Positions 19,396 through 29,043 of a DNA stretch of 64,000 nt are shown here, piece by piece. The notes under the pieces are model-generated. The model ran no database searches and was not told the DNA's origin. It saw nothing but the letters and a program-made list of their open reading frames with translations. A program made the translations under genes and the position numbers. The DNA comes from Acidobacteriota bacterium (lineage in GTDB: Bacteria > Acidobacteriota > Vicinamibacteria > Vicinamibacterales > UBA2999). Within the stretch, counting starts at the first letter, position 1. Every line of letters begins with the position of its first letter. Location: NCBI GenBank assembly GCA_046726375.1, contig JBKPAJ010000062.1, forward strand, positions 2,498 to 66,497, in the 5' to 3' direction.

Positions 19396-22300
19396 ATGAG
19401 CATTCCTCGCCTCGCCATCCATCGCCCGGTTACGATGTTCATGATCAGCTTCGTCGTGATCCTGCTGGGCGCTATCTCGCTGGGTCGACTGCCGGTGGAC
19501 CTGATGCCTGAAAGCGAATTCCCGAGCATCACGGTCCGCGTCAACTATCAGGGTGTCGGCCCGCTGGAAATGGAGGAGCTCGTGACGCGGCCGGTCGAAC
19601 AAGCCGTGTCGGCGATCGCTGGTCTCGAACAGGTCAATTCGACTTCGTCGGAGGGCAACAGCAACGTCCGGCTGCAGTTCGCCTGGGGCACGGATTTGAG
19701 CGAAGCGGCAGACGAGGTCCGCACCCGAATCGATCGCATCCGCGCTCGCCTCCCAGAGGACGCGGACGCGCCGACCGTGTTCAAGTTCGACTCCAACGCG
19801 ATGCCGATCATGGGCATCGGCGTCGAAGGCGACTACGATCCCGTCACGTTGCGTGAGATGGCGCAAAACGAGCTGTCGCCGCGCCTGGAGCGTGCCGAGG
19901 GTGTCGCGTCGGTCACGATCGACGGCGGCCTGCGACGTCAGATTCGTGTCGATCTGTCGAAGGAACGTGTCACGGCGATGAATCTGCCGGTCGATCGCAT
20001 CGTGCAGTCGATCCGATCGGAGAACGAGAACATCCCGCTCGGCGAAGTTGAAGACGCGGACCGCCGGTTCCTGCTGCGCAGCCCGGGTCAGTACAAGGAC
20101 ATCGACGACATCAAGAACCTGATCGTCTTCACGCGCGGCGACGTGCCGGTGCCGGTGTACCTGAAAGACATTGCCAACGTGTATGACGGCACCGAGGACC
20201 GCCGCAACGTCACGCGCATCAACGGCCGGCCTGGCGTGCGCATGCGTGTCCAGAAGCAGTCGGGCAAGAACACGGTGCTGGTTGCGCAGGCCGTGAAGAG
20301 GGAAATCGAGCGCATCAACCAGGAAGTGCCCGGCGTGCGCCTGTCGGTGCTCGACGATCAGTCCAAGTTCATCGAGCGCGCGATCAACAGCGTGAAGGAG
20401 CACGCGGCGATCGGCTGCGTCCTGGTCGTGGTGATCATCTTTCTGTTCCTTCGCAACGTGCGGTCGACGATGATCATCTGCACGTCGATTCCGATCTCCG
20501 TGATCGGCACGTTCGCGCTGCTCTACTTCGGCGGCTACACGCTCAACACGATGACCTTCGGCGGTCTTGCGCTTGGCATCGGCATGATCGTGGACGCGGC
20601 GATCGTCGTGCTCGAGAACACGTATCGCCATCTCGAGATGGGCAAAGACCGGATGACGGCGGCCATCGACGGCAGCGAAGAGGTATGGTCGGCGATTCTC
20701 GCTTCGACGCTGACGCATATCGCCGTGTTCGTGCCGATGCTCTTCCTCACCGGAGTGTCGAGCATCATGTTCGGTCAGCTCGCGGCCGTGGTCTCGTTCT
20801 CGCTGGCGATGTCGCTCTTCGTCGCGGTCACGATCGTTCCGGTGCTGTGCTCGCGCTTCCTGGATCCGCCGGATCACGGTGAAGGCCGCAAGGGCGTGCT
20901 CGGCTCGGTCTATCGGTTCAGCGATCACGTGCTCGTCGGCATCGACCGGCTCTACGCGCGCTTCCTGCACGCCGCGCTCGCGCACCGGCCGACGGTGTTT
21001 GCCACCGGCGCGGTGCTGTTCGCGATTGCCCTCGTGCTCCTGCAGCGCGTCGGTTTCGAGCTGCAACCCATCACGGATGAAGGCGAAGTGACGGTGGACG
21101 CCGAACTCGCGGTAGGCACGCGGATCGAGCGCACCGAAGAAGTGTTGATTCTGCTCGAGGAGCGCATCCGCGAGCTCGTGCCCGAGGCGACGATGCTCAT
21201 CACCTCGGCCAACGGCGGAGGCGGGATGGGCGGCGGCGGCTTCGGCGGCGGTGGCAACCGCGGCAACGTCAACGTTCGTCTGGTGCCGAAAGACGAGCGC
21301 CGACGCTCGAGCGAGCAGATTGCCATGGCGCTGCGCCGGGATCTGGCAGGGTTGCCTGGCGTGATTGTGCGCGCGCGACCGTCCGGCGGTCAGCAGATGC
21401 GCGGCATGCCCGGCGGCGGCGGACAGAATCAGGACGGCCGGTTCGCGGTGGAAATCCGGGGTCACGATCTCGAGGAATCGCGGCGGGTCGCGCAGGACGT
21501 GAAAACGCTGCTCGATTCCACGCCTGGCATCGCCGACTCGCGCGTGGGCCGCGAGGAGGGGCGGCCCGAGATCGCCGTCATCGTCGACCGCGACAAAGCA
21601 GCGCTGTTCGGGATGACCGTCACGGGGGTGGCCAATACGATCCGGACGAATCTCGCCGGCACGCAGGCGGCGATGTTCCGCGAGGGCGGCAACGAGTACC
21701 CGATCGTCGTCCGCCTGCGCGAAGAGGATCGCAACGAGCTCGCGTCGGTCGGCGATGTGTTGATCGACACGCCCAAAGGGCAGGTGCTGCCCGCGCGCAG
21801 CGTCATGGCGACCTCGCGCGAACAGGGTCCGGTGCAGATCGAGCGCAAGAACCAGGAGCGCATCCAGCGTGTGAACGCCGAGGTTGAGACCACGCTCAGC
21901 CAAGCCGTGGATGCGGTCCGCGCTCGTCTGGGCGAGTTGCAGCTGCCGCGCGAATTCTCGGCCGGCTTCGGCAACGAGGTCGAGGAGCAGGCGCGTTCGT
22001 TCCGCGAGCTGCAGCTCGTGCTGATTCTCGCGATCGTGCTCGTCTACACCGTGATGGCGTCGCAGTACGAGTCGCTGCGCGACCCGTTCATCATCATGTT
22101 CTCGATTCCGCTCGCGGCCATCGGCGTGGTCGGTGCGCTTCTGCTGACGAATACGCCGTTCAGCATGCAGGCTTACATCGGAGTCATCATGCTGGCCGGC
22201 ATCGTCGTGAGTAACGCGATTCTGCTGGTCGATTACGCCAACACGCTGCGGCACCGCGACAAGATGCCCGTCCGCCCGGCCATCGAGACCGCGGGACGGC

Positions 22301-22539
22301 ACCGCCTGCGACCGATTCTGATGACGGCGGGCTGCACCATGCTGGGTCTGGTGCCGATGTCGCTGGGGATCGGCGAAGGCTCCGAGCTGCAGGTGCCGCT
22401 CGCGCGCGTCGTCATCGGCGGCCTGCTCACGTCGACGTTGATCACGCTGGTCTTCGTGCCGGCGATGTACACGTTGTTCGAGGAAGGCTGGCGCGGCATT
22501 TTTAAGCGCGCTCAGCCTGCCGGCGGAACCGCGCAGTAG
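19396..22539 (+). CDS. RND (HAE1/AcrB-type) efflux transporter permease
   Basis: 1047 aa, beginning MSIPRLAIHRPVTMFMISFVVILLGAISLGRLPVDLMPE. It has the 12-TM plus two large periplasmic loop layout and the conserved GGYTLNTMTFGGLALGIGMIVD. Confidence 0.95.
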   Translation: MSIPRLAIHRPVTMFMISFVVILLGAISLGRLPVDLMPESEFPSITVRVNYQGVGPLEMEELVTRPVEQAVSAIAGLEQVNSTSSEGNSNVRLQFAWGTDLSEAADEVRTRIDRIRARLPEDADAPTVFKFDSNAMPIMGIGVEGDYDPVTLREMAQNELSPRLERAEGVASVTIDGGLRRQIRVDLSKERVTAMNLPVDRIVQSIRSENENIPLGEVEDADRRFLLRSPGQYKDIDDIKNLIVFTRGDVPVPVYLKDIANVYDGTEDRRNVTRINGRPGVRMRVQKQSGKNTVLVAQAVKREIERINQEVPGVRLSVLDDQSKFIERAINSVKEHAAIGCVLVVVIIFLFLRNVRSTMIICTSIPISVIGTFALLYFGGYTLNTMTFGGLALGIGMIVDAAIVVLENTYRHLEMGKDRMTAAIDGSEEVWSAILASTLTHIAVFVPMLFLTGVSSIMFGQLAAVVSFSLAMSLFVAVTIVPVLCSRFLDPPDHGEGRKGVLGSVYRFSDHVLVGIDRLYARFLHAALAHRPTVFATGAVLFAIALVLLQRVGFELQPITDEGEVTVDAELAVGTRIERTEEVLILLEERIRELVPEATMLITSANGGGGMGGGGFGGGGNRGNVNVRLVPKDERRRSSEQIAMALRRDLAGLPGVIVRARPSGGQQMRGMPGGGGQNQDGRFAVEIRGHDLEESRRVAQDVKTLLDSTPGIADSRVGREEGRPEIAVIVDRDKAALFGMTVTGVANTIRTNLAGTQAAMFREGGNEYPIVVRLREEDRNELASVGDVLIDTPKGQVLPARSVMATSREQGPVQIERKNQERIQRVNAEVETTLSQAVDAVRARLGELQLPREFSAGFGNEVEEQARSFRELQLVLILAIVLVYTVMASQYESLRDPFIIMFSIPLAAIGVVGALLLTNTPFSMQAYIGVIMLAGIVVSNAILLVDYANTLRHRDKMPVRPAIETAGRHRLRPILMTAGCTMLGLVPMSLGIGEGSELQVPLARVVIGGLLTSTLITLVFVPAMYTLFEEGWRGIFKRAQPAGGTAQ

Positions 22540-22613
22540 AACCAAGAGCGAGAACCAAGAACGAAATCTCGCCCAGCCCGAAGCTCGAACCGTTGAGCGA
22601 GCGAAGGCCGGAC

Positions 22614-23105
22614 CTACGAACCGTCGATTGGCACCTGTCGACTGTCGCGTCGCGACGCACGGCGAAGAAACAAGTCGCGAATTGTCGTGCCGGTGATCGG
22701 CTCCACCCAATCGGGGGCGAGTTCCACCAACGGCTCCAGCACGAATAGCCGTTCGCGAAATCGTGGATGAGGAACCAGCAAACGGGGTTCCTCGATCACC
22801 TCATCCCCGTAGAGAATCAAATCGAGATCGAGTGTGCGCGCCGCTCCGGCGTACGGCCGCTGGCGGCCGCGCTCGTTCTCAATCGCAAGGAGCCGCTGCA
22901 GCAGTTCGCCCGCAGAAAGCGCTGTCTCGCCAATCGCCGCGGCGTTGAGAAAGCGCGCCTGCCCGGCGACGCCCACCGGCTCTGTTTCGTGAAATGAGGA
23001 GAGACGAAACCCGGCGAGGAATTCGCGCAGCCGACCGGCGGCAAATGTCAGGTGGGCGACACGATCGCCAAGATTGCTGCCAAGCGCTATCGCGACAGGA
23101 GGCAT
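22614..23105 (-). CDS. folK: 2-amino-4-hydroxy-6-hydroxymethyldihydropteridine diphosphokinase
   Basis: VAIALGSNLGDR...ETEPVG...FLNAA...RTLDLDLILYGD...LLVPHPRFRERLFVLEPL, typical HPPK. Confidence 0.9.
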   Translation of the reverse strand: MPPVAIALGSNLGDRVAHLTFAAGRLREFLAGFRLSSFHETEPVGVAGQARFLNAAAIGETALSAGELLQRLLAIENERGRQRPYAGAARTLDLDLILYGDEVIEEPRLLVPHPRFRERLFVLEPLVELAPDWVEPITGTTIRDLFLRRASRRDSRQVPIDGS

Positions 23106-23201
23106 TCAGCTCTCAGCTCTCGGCTCTCAGCTCTCAGCGCGGAGCTTTCAGCTTTACAAGTGCTTTTGCTGACAGCTGAAAGCTGAGCGCTGACCGCTGA
23201 A
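23106..23201. repeat. Heptamer-periodic palindrome, (TCAGCTC)n / (AGCTGAR)n
   Basis: Seven left units (TCAGCTC TCAGCTC TCGGCTC TCAGCTC TCAGCGC GGAGCTT TCAGCTT), a 19-nt centre, and four complementary right units. It fills exactly the spacer between the stop at 23202-23204 and the folK ATG at 23105. Confidence 0.85.
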
Positions 23202-23753
23202 CTAGTCCCCAACCCATCGATCGGCGAGGACCTTGCCGCGCCGTTCGTGAATGGTCATCGGCTTTCCGATGATGTCGGTGCGTCCCTGAGATGCCTGTTC
23301 GAACAATCGCTCATGCTCGAGCATCTCGCCGAGGATGACGCGCAGCATGCCCTGATGGCGCGCGTGCGTCACCTGCTCGATGCGCTCGCGCCACTTGTCG
23401 ACGAACTGCTTGTTGCGGCGCGCGTCCTCGCCCGCGAGTTCGAGGACGGCCGCGGCGCCTTTGCGCGACGGCTTCACGTCCTCGGCCGCCGGCGTGGCCG
23501 GCAGTTCGGCGCCGAGATCAACGAGCGCGTGCTGTAGCCAGGAGATATACGTTTCCTCCCGGCTGATGACGTTTTGGTAGGCGTTGTTGACGTCGTAATC
23601 GGTGACAAATCGTGCTGCCGCCTCGTGACGCATCAAGAGCGCGAGCCGTTCGACGTAAAACTCCTGCAGCAGCTGTTGCAGTTCGGTTGGAGTCACGCCT
23701 GCTGCTGTCAGCCTTTCTGTTTTTCCTTGCAGGTGATGCACACCCGCGTCCAT
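23202..23753 (-). CDS. Hypothetical protein (helical)
   Basis: 183-aa ORF with good GC3. The start is uncertain because the ORF overlaps the DksA-like gene by 46 nt. No family recognised. Confidence 0.5.
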   Translation of the reverse strand: MDAGVHHLQGKTERLTAAGVTPTELQQLLQEFYVERLALLMRHEAAARFVTDYDVNNAYQNVISREETYISWLQHALVDLGAELPATPAAEDVKPSRKGAAAVLELAGEDARRNKQFVDKWRERIEQVTHARHQGMLRVILGEMLEHERLFEQASQGRTDIIGKPMTIHERRGKVLADRWVGD

Positions 23754-24052
23754 GGAATCGCGTTCAAGCGCGCCTCGGCGATCGGCTCGCCGCAGTCGCG
23801 ACAGATTCCAAACGTGCCTTTTTCGATGCGCGTGAGCGCTTCGTCGATGGCCTGCAGAATTTTGGCGTCGGTCTGTTTGAGGCGCAGCTGAATGTGCACC
23901 TCGTTGTTGCCGGCGGCCTGATCGGCCATGTCCCCCTGACGCCCGTTGTTGTGCTCCATCGAGGTTTGCAGGGGGCGCAAGCCAGCGGTCTGCTCGAGTT
24001 CAGCCCGCTTTGTCAGCAGGGCGTCGCGGTAGGTCGCAACGTTCATCTTCAC
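23708..24052 (-). CDS. DksA/TraR-family C4 zinc-finger protein
   Basis: Coiled-coil N-terminus plus the C-terminal CRDCGEPIAEARLNAIPWTRVCITC (CxxC-N17-CxxC). Confidence 0.85.
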   Translation of the reverse strand: MKMNVATYRDALLTKRAELEQTAGLRPLQTSMEHNNGRQGDMADQAAGNNEVHIQLRLKQTDAKILQAIDEALTRIEKGTFGICRDCGEPIAEARLNAIPWTRVCITCKEKQKG

Positions 24053-24178
24053 TTACTCCCACTGCCCGGCGCACGCCGGACAAGCTAAGAGGTCATCATA
24101 GCACGCCGCTTGGTCGAGGATGTCCGCCGAGGCGAGCCCCAGATGAACACAGTGGCCAGAAGTCAGTATCCGCCTTTT

Positions 24179-24245
24179 ATCTGCGTTTCATCTGCGTTCC
24201 CATCTTTTCTCATCTGCGTTCCCATCTGCGTTCCACCCGCGTCCC
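24179..24245. repeat. Six tandem 10-12-nt direct repeats (ATCTGCGTTCC-type)
   Basis: ATCTGCGTTTC ATCTGCGTTCCC ATCTTTTCTC ATCTGCGTTCCC ATCTGCGTTCC ACCCGCGTCCC. The array ends on the stop codon of the permease gene (24245-24247). Confidence 0.8.
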
Positions 24246-26788
24246 TATTCCGCGCGGAGCGTGGCCAGTGGCTTGCGCTGCAGCACTTCCCAGGACGCCA
24301 TCACGCCAACCGCCGCCACGAGCAACGCGCTCACGGCGATGCCGCTCGCGCTCACCAGCGGCAGCGCGCGCCACGGAATATCGAGCGCGAAGCGGCTGAT
24401 GCCCCAGGTCAACGCGATCGCGCCGAGCGAACCAATCGTGCCGGCGAGCGCGCCCAGTACGCCGTATTCGAGCAGCAGCACGCTGGCAATCATGCCGCGC
24501 GTGGCGCCAAGGGTCTTGAAGATCGCCGCTTCGTAGATGCGCCGGAACTTGGTCATGGCGACGGCGCCGACCAGGATCAACAGCCCGCTGAACATCACCA
24601 GCGTGCCGACCACGGTGACCGCCAGCGTGACGTTGTCAATCACGGTGCGGATGGCGTTGAGCATTTCGCGGCCATCGATGACCGAAACGTTGGGATATTT
24701 CGCCACGAGCTCGCCCTGGAGCGCGGCCCGCGTCCGCGGCTCATCGGGGCCGCGGAAGAACGAGATCGCGCCGTGCGGCGCGTTCTCGAACAGGCCCGGG
24801 CGGAACACGAACATGAACCCGCCGGCGCGGCTGTCGGACCACTCGACATGGCGCACGCTCGTCACGCGCGCGCTGATCGTCCGGCCCATCACGTCGAAGC
24901 GCATCGCGTCGCCGACGTTGATCCGGAAGCGCTCGCGGAGCGATTCTTCGATCGAGACCTCGCCAACGTCAGCAGGGTCAACAGCGCCCGCCGTCTTGTC
25001 CCAAAACTTACCTGCGACCACTTTCTCGTTCCGCTCCAGCGACGGTCGATAGGTAATCGTGTATTCGCGTGCCAGCGAGCCGCGGCCGCGCACGTCCTCG
25101 TAATTCTCGAGTGCCACTTCCGTGCCCTCGATGCCGGTGACACGAGCACGCAGGACCGGTATCACCCGGACGTCGGTTCCCGGCCGCTTGTACCTTTCGA
25201 GGAGCGATCGCACGCCGGCGGACTGATCCTGCTGGATGTCGAGCAGAAACATATCCGGCGACTCGGGAGAAATGTTGACCGTGAACTCGCGGATGAGACT
25301 TTCCTGCAGCGAGCGCACGCCGACGATGAAGAAGCTGCCAAGGCCGACGGCGAGAAGCACAATACGCGCCTGGCTGCCCGGGCGACTGAGCTGCAGCACC
25401 GCATGGCGTAGCGCGAACCAGCGCGTATGTGCAAGCGGCGCGATGGCCTTGATCAGGAGAATGCCGGCGAGGTGAAGAATCGCAGCCGTCGCCGCAAACC
25501 CGACCGCGACAACGAGGCCGACGCGTAGCGATCCCGCCTGCCACACCGTGAGCGCGACGAGACCGACGACGACAACCAGCGTGATGACGATCTGAAGCAG
25601 GTCGGGCCTCCGCGACGTCTGTTCTGCTCGCAGCAGTAACGACGGCTTGACGTGCCGGACGTCCAGCAACGGCACCATCGAGAAGAGAACGGCAACTAGC
25701 AGCCCGATGCCAAATCCCTGCAGTACCGCAGGCCCGGTCAGGCCGTAGTTCACGATGACTCCGGGCGTAGCCGCGGCCGCCAGCGTCGAAGGAATGGCGC
25801 GAATCGCCACGCCGGCGAGCACCACGCCAAACGCACTGCCGGCGATCCCGAGCGCGATCACTTGCGCCATATAAATCGCAAGCAACTGCCACGATCGTCC
25901 ACCGACACACTTCAGAATCGCGATGCTGCGGATTTTCTGCTGCACGAATACGCGCGTCACGCTCGACACGCCAATGCCGCCCAGAATCACGATCACCAGG
26001 CCGACGAGGCTCAGATAGTTCTCCGCTCTCGTGAAGTCTTCGCCGATGTCGTCTTCCGTCGCCTTGTACGACCTCACTCGCGCAAACGAGTTCCGGAAAT
26101 CGCCGCGCAGTCGCTGCACGAGCGCATCCAACTGATCATTCGGAACCTTCAGCAGGCGCTGATAGCTCGCACGGCTCCCAAAACCAAGCAGCCCAGTCTG
26201 GCGAAGATCCGCGAGATCGACAAACACACGCGGCCCGAGGCTGAACGCGCCCAGCCGCCGGCCAGGCTCCGCTTCGATGACGCCGCGGACCGTGAACTCG
26301 TGCTTGCCGATCATCAACCGATCGCCGACCGTCATCCCGAGTTGCGCCAGCAATTCGGGACGGACCAGCGCGCCGAAGTTGCGGAGCAGCCCGTGGTGAA
26401 AGGGCTGGCCTTCGAGCTTCAGCGCGCCGTAGAACGGAAAACCCTCCTCGACGGCGCGCAACTCCACCATGCGCGCGACTCCAGTGCGGTCCACCGGCCT
26501 CACCATCGTCCCGACTTCGACCGACGAGACGCTCGTTGCCCGGGCCTCACCCAGGCGTTGGTCGATCGTGCGCGTGAGGTCGTCCGTGAACGGCCGGTTG
26601 CTCGAAATGATCGCGTCAGCGGTCAGAAGCGATCGTGCTTCGCCATCGAACACCGCGCGCACACTCTGAATGACCGATCTGATCGCGACGATCGCGCCGA
26701 CGCCGATTGAAAGGCACAGGAAGAAAAACAGCAGCCGGCGCCACGAGGCGCGCATTTCGCGCAGCGTCATCGCGGCAATGAAGCTCAC
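24245..26788 (-). CDS. ABC transporter permease with two FtsX-type domains (YbbP/MacB-like)
   Basis: 847 aa with a duplicated 4-TM FtsX-domain pattern. It is translationally coupled (GTGA) to the upstream ATPase gene. Confidence 0.9.
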   Translation of the reverse strand: MSFIAAMTLREMRASWRRLLFFFLCLSIGVGAIVAIRSVIQSVRAVFDGEARSLLTADAIISSNRPFTDDLTRTIDQRLGEARATSVSSVEVGTMVRPVDRTGVARMVELRAVEEGFPFYGALKLEGQPFHHGLLRNFGALVRPELLAQLGMTVGDRLMIGKHEFTVRGVIEAEPGRRLGAFSLGPRVFVDLADLRQTGLLGFGSRASYQRLLKVPNDQLDALVQRLRGDFRNSFARVRSYKATEDDIGEDFTRAENYLSLVGLVIVILGGIGVSSVTRVFVQQKIRSIAILKCVGGRSWQLLAIYMAQVIALGIAGSAFGVVLAGVAIRAIPSTLAAAATPGVIVNYGLTGPAVLQGFGIGLLVAVLFSMVPLLDVRHVKPSLLLRAEQTSRRPDLLQIVITLVVVVGLVALTVWQAGSLRVGLVVAVGFAATAAILHLAGILLIKAIAPLAHTRWFALRHAVLQLSRPGSQARIVLLAVGLGSFFIVGVRSLQESLIREFTVNISPESPDMFLLDIQQDQSAGVRSLLERYKRPGTDVRVIPVLRARVTGIEGTEVALENYEDVRGRGSLAREYTITYRPSLERNEKVVAGKFWDKTAGAVDPADVGEVSIEESLRERFRINVGDAMRFDVMGRTISARVTSVRHVEWSDSRAGGFMFVFRPGLFENAPHGAISFFRGPDEPRTRAALQGELVAKYPNVSVIDGREMLNAIRTVIDNVTLAVTVVGTLVMFSGLLILVGAVAMTKFRRIYEAAIFKTLGATRGMIASVLLLEYGVLGALAGTIGSLGAIALTWGISRFALDIPWRALPLVSASGIAVSALLVAAVGVMASWEVLQRKPLATLRAE

Positions 26789-27480
26789 TGCACGACCCCC
26801 AAGGCCGCCGCGGTGGTCTCATCGCTGACCGCTTGCCCATCGCGTAACGTGAGCTGCACGTCCGCGATAGCGGCAATCGATCGATCGTGCGTCACGAGCA
26901 CGAGCGTGACGCCGCGCGCCCGCCGCACTTTCAGCAGCAGATCGAGGATGTGGCGCCCGTTCGTGCTGTCGAGGTTGCCAGTCGGCTCATCCGCAAGAAT
27001 GAGCGGCGGGTCGTTTGCGAGCGCACGCGCGATGGCAATGCGCTGCTGTTCTCCACCAGAGAGCTGCGACGGGTAGTGATGTCCGCGATCGCGCAGCCCG
27101 ACCTCGTCGAGCAACATGGGCGCCCGGAAGTTGGCGTCCCGTCGGCCGGCGATCTCCATCGGAATGAGGATGTTCTCGAGTGCGGTGAGCGACGGGACAA
27201 GGTGAAAAAACTGAAAGACGAACCCGATCTTCTCGCCGCGCAGACGCGCAAGCGCATCTTCGTCGAGCGTGGTGATGTCCACGCCATCGATCAGGATGTG
27301 GCCCGACGAGGGCGCATCGAGGCCGGCGATGAGCCCGAGCAGCGTGGACTTTCCGCTTCCGGACGGTCCCACAATCGCGAGACATTGCCCGGCAGGCACG
27401 GCGAGATCGATTGGATGGAGGATGGTGAGCGGCCGATCGCCGCTCTGCACGGTCTTGCTGACGCCGCGCAGCACAATCAT
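26785..27480 (-). CDS. ABC transporter ATP-binding protein (YbbA/LolD-like)
   Basis: The start is set at MIVLRGVSK (ATGA overlap with the esterase stop). [26 protein letters not shown] and [12 protein letters not shown] are present. Confidence 0.9.
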   Translation of the reverse strand: MIVLRGVSKTVQSGDRPLTILHPIDLAVPAGQCLAIVGPSGSGKSTLLGLIAGLDAPSSGHILIDGVDITTLDEDALARLRGEKIGFVFQFFHLVPSLTALENILIPMEIAGRRDANFRAPMLLDEVGLRDRGHHYPSQLSGGEQQRIAIARALANDPPLILADEPTGNLDSTNGRHILDLLLKVRRARGVTLVLVTHDRSIAAIADVQLTLRDGQAVSDETTAAALGVVQ

Positions 27481-28193
27481 CTGGCGGCCTGATCTTTCTT
27501 CACGACCGGTTCGAGCGTCCGCCACACGAGTTCAGCCACGACACGGGCACCGCGCTCGTTGGGATGAATCCCATCGGCCTGATTGAACGCGGGATCGCCG
27601 GCGACCCCTTGCAACAGAAACGGGATCAGCGGCACGTCGTACTGTTTGGCGAGATACGAATACGTGTTTCGAAACGCGGCCGTATACTCCGGTCCGTAAT
27701 TCGGCGGCGCCTCCATGCCGGCGAGAATCACCGCGAGCCCGCGGCGTTGCGCGGCCTCGATGATCGCTGCAACGTTCTTCTCGAGTTCAGCCGCGGGCAA
27801 CCCGCGCAGACCGTCGTTGCCGCCGAGCGCCACAACGAGGATGCGTGGATCGCCTTCGCCCAGTGCCCATTCGAGGCGGCGCAATCCGCCCGCTGACGTG
27901 TCGCCCGAAACACCGGCGTTGACGACCGAATAGTGATAACCGGCCGCCTTCAGACGCTGATCGACTAATGCTGGAAAGCTGTCGTCGATGTCGAGTCCGA
28001 GACCCGCGGTGAGACTGTCGCCGAGGAAAATCACGCGGGGCGAGTTGTCCACGGGGGTCCGCGGCGTCCTGCGACCCGTCGGCGCGGCGGCTTCAGCTCG
28101 TGTGTCGCTGCGCGGCGGCTCAATCTTGTCGGACGCACAGGCCGCAGAGCCTATCGCGCACAAAAGCACGAGCAGAATCAGGCGCGGAAGCAC
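27477..28193 (-). CDS. SGNH/GDSL arylesterase-lysophospholipase (TesA-like), probably lipoprotein
   Basis: VIFLGDSLTAG (block I), GGNDGL (block III), DGIHPN (block V). Signal peptide LILLVLLCAIGSAAC. Start uncertain: GTG at 28193, or an ATG that overlaps the PP2C gene. Confidence 0.85.
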   Translation of the reverse strand: MLPRLILLVLLCAIGSAACASDKIEPPRSDTRAEAAAPTGRRTPRTPVDNSPRVIFLGDSLTAGLGLDIDDSFPALVDQRLKAAGYHYSVVNAGVSGDTSAGGLRRLEWALGEGDPRILVVALGGNDGLRGLPAAELEKNVAAIIEAAQRRGLAVILAGMEAPPNYGPEYTAAFRNTYSYLAKQYDVPLIPFLLQGVAGDPAFNQADGIHPNERGARVVAELVWRTLEPVVKKDQAAR

Positions 28194-28200
28194 TCTTTGA

Positions 28201-28947
28201 TTATACGAACCGCACCACCACCACAGTTGCATTGTCGCAGCCACCGGCGTCAAGCGCGGCGCGAACGGCGCCGTCCGCGGCAGCGGCAGGCGAGGCCCGG
28301 CCCAGCGCATCCGTCAACACATCGTCGTCGATGTAGCCGTGCACGCCATCCGAGCACAACACCCAGCTGTCGCCCCTGGCGATGTGATGCTCGCTGACGA
28401 CGGGCGTAACGTCCTGACGCATCCCGATTCCGTTCGTCAACACGTGCCGCATTGGATGATCGTCGGTACGGGCGTTGGGTTCGGCGGCCCGCATAGCGGC
28501 GACCCATGTATGGTCGCGTGTCATCTGCTCGAGGCATCCTGCGTGAAAACGATAGGCCCGGCTGTCGCCCACGTGCGCGATCACCATACGCTCCGCATCG
28601 ACGAGCGCCGCAACTAGCGTGGTGCCCATCCCGGCGAACTGCATTTCGGAGTGACCGGCATCGTAGACGCGCTGGTTCGCCAGACGCAGCGCCACTGACA
28701 AGCGATTGGCCGCAATCGACAATTTGGGATTGAGCGCAAACGGCCACGTCAGGTCCCGGCTGGTCGCCGTGGCGTTGACGAACTGCACCACGGTTTCTAC
28801 AGCGAGCCGGGACGCAACTTCGCCCGCGTTGTGGCCACCCATGCCGTCGGCGACGACAAACAGCCCGAGCGCCGAGTCGCAGAAGAAGGAGTCTTGGTTG
28901 AGGGAGCGAGGGCCGCGTTCGGAGCGGCCGGCGAACTGAAGCTGCAA
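28201..28947 (-). CDS. PP2C-family Ser/Thr phosphatase
   Basis: RSLNQDSF...FVVADGMGGHNAGEVAS...GTTLVAAL...VGDSRAY...CSDGV..., typical PPM motifs. TTG start. Confidence 0.9.
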   Translation of the reverse strand: MQLQFAGRSERGPRSLNQDSFFCDSALGLFVVADGMGGHNAGEVASRLAVETVVQFVNATATSRDLTWPFALNPKLSIAANRLSVALRLANQRVYDAGHSEMQFAGMGTTLVAALVDAERMVIAHVGDSRAYRFHAGCLEQMTRDHTWVAAMRAAEPNARTDDHPMRHVLTNGIGMRQDVTPVVSEHHIARGDSWVLCSDGVHGYIDDDVLTDALGRASPAAAADGAVRAALDAGGCDNATVVVVRFV

Positions 28948-29018
28948 GCTATAAGCACAATAACACTACACGGTTCCGGGGTTGGGGACCCTCGGGACCT
29001 TGGAAACCTCCGCCCCTC

Positions 29019-29043
29019 TGGATACTTGGTATACTCTCGCCCG
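29019..29043 (+). promoter_or_regulatory. Candidate extended -10 promoter (TGgTATACT), possibly giving a leaderless transcript
   Basis: TGGATACTTGGTATACT: TG-n-TATACT at 29027-29035, with the GTG start codon 7 nt downstream. A near copy of this segment follows the gene at 32002-32022. Confidence 0.3.

Noticed and set aside
19348-22710. 1120-aa ORF antisense to the RND pump gene. Similar long antisense ORFs are 15698-17578, 4281-5603, 24110-25411, 51018-52652, 54667-56172, 57418-58791, 61811-63340, 10936-12255 and 11085-12134.
   Set aside because: Their translations are Arg/His/Asp-rich low-complexity strings with no recognisable motifs. The opposite strand encodes clear AcrB, TolC, MATE, DUF255, EBP, PckA and other homologues. 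Long stop-free antisense frames are expected in GC-rich DNA.
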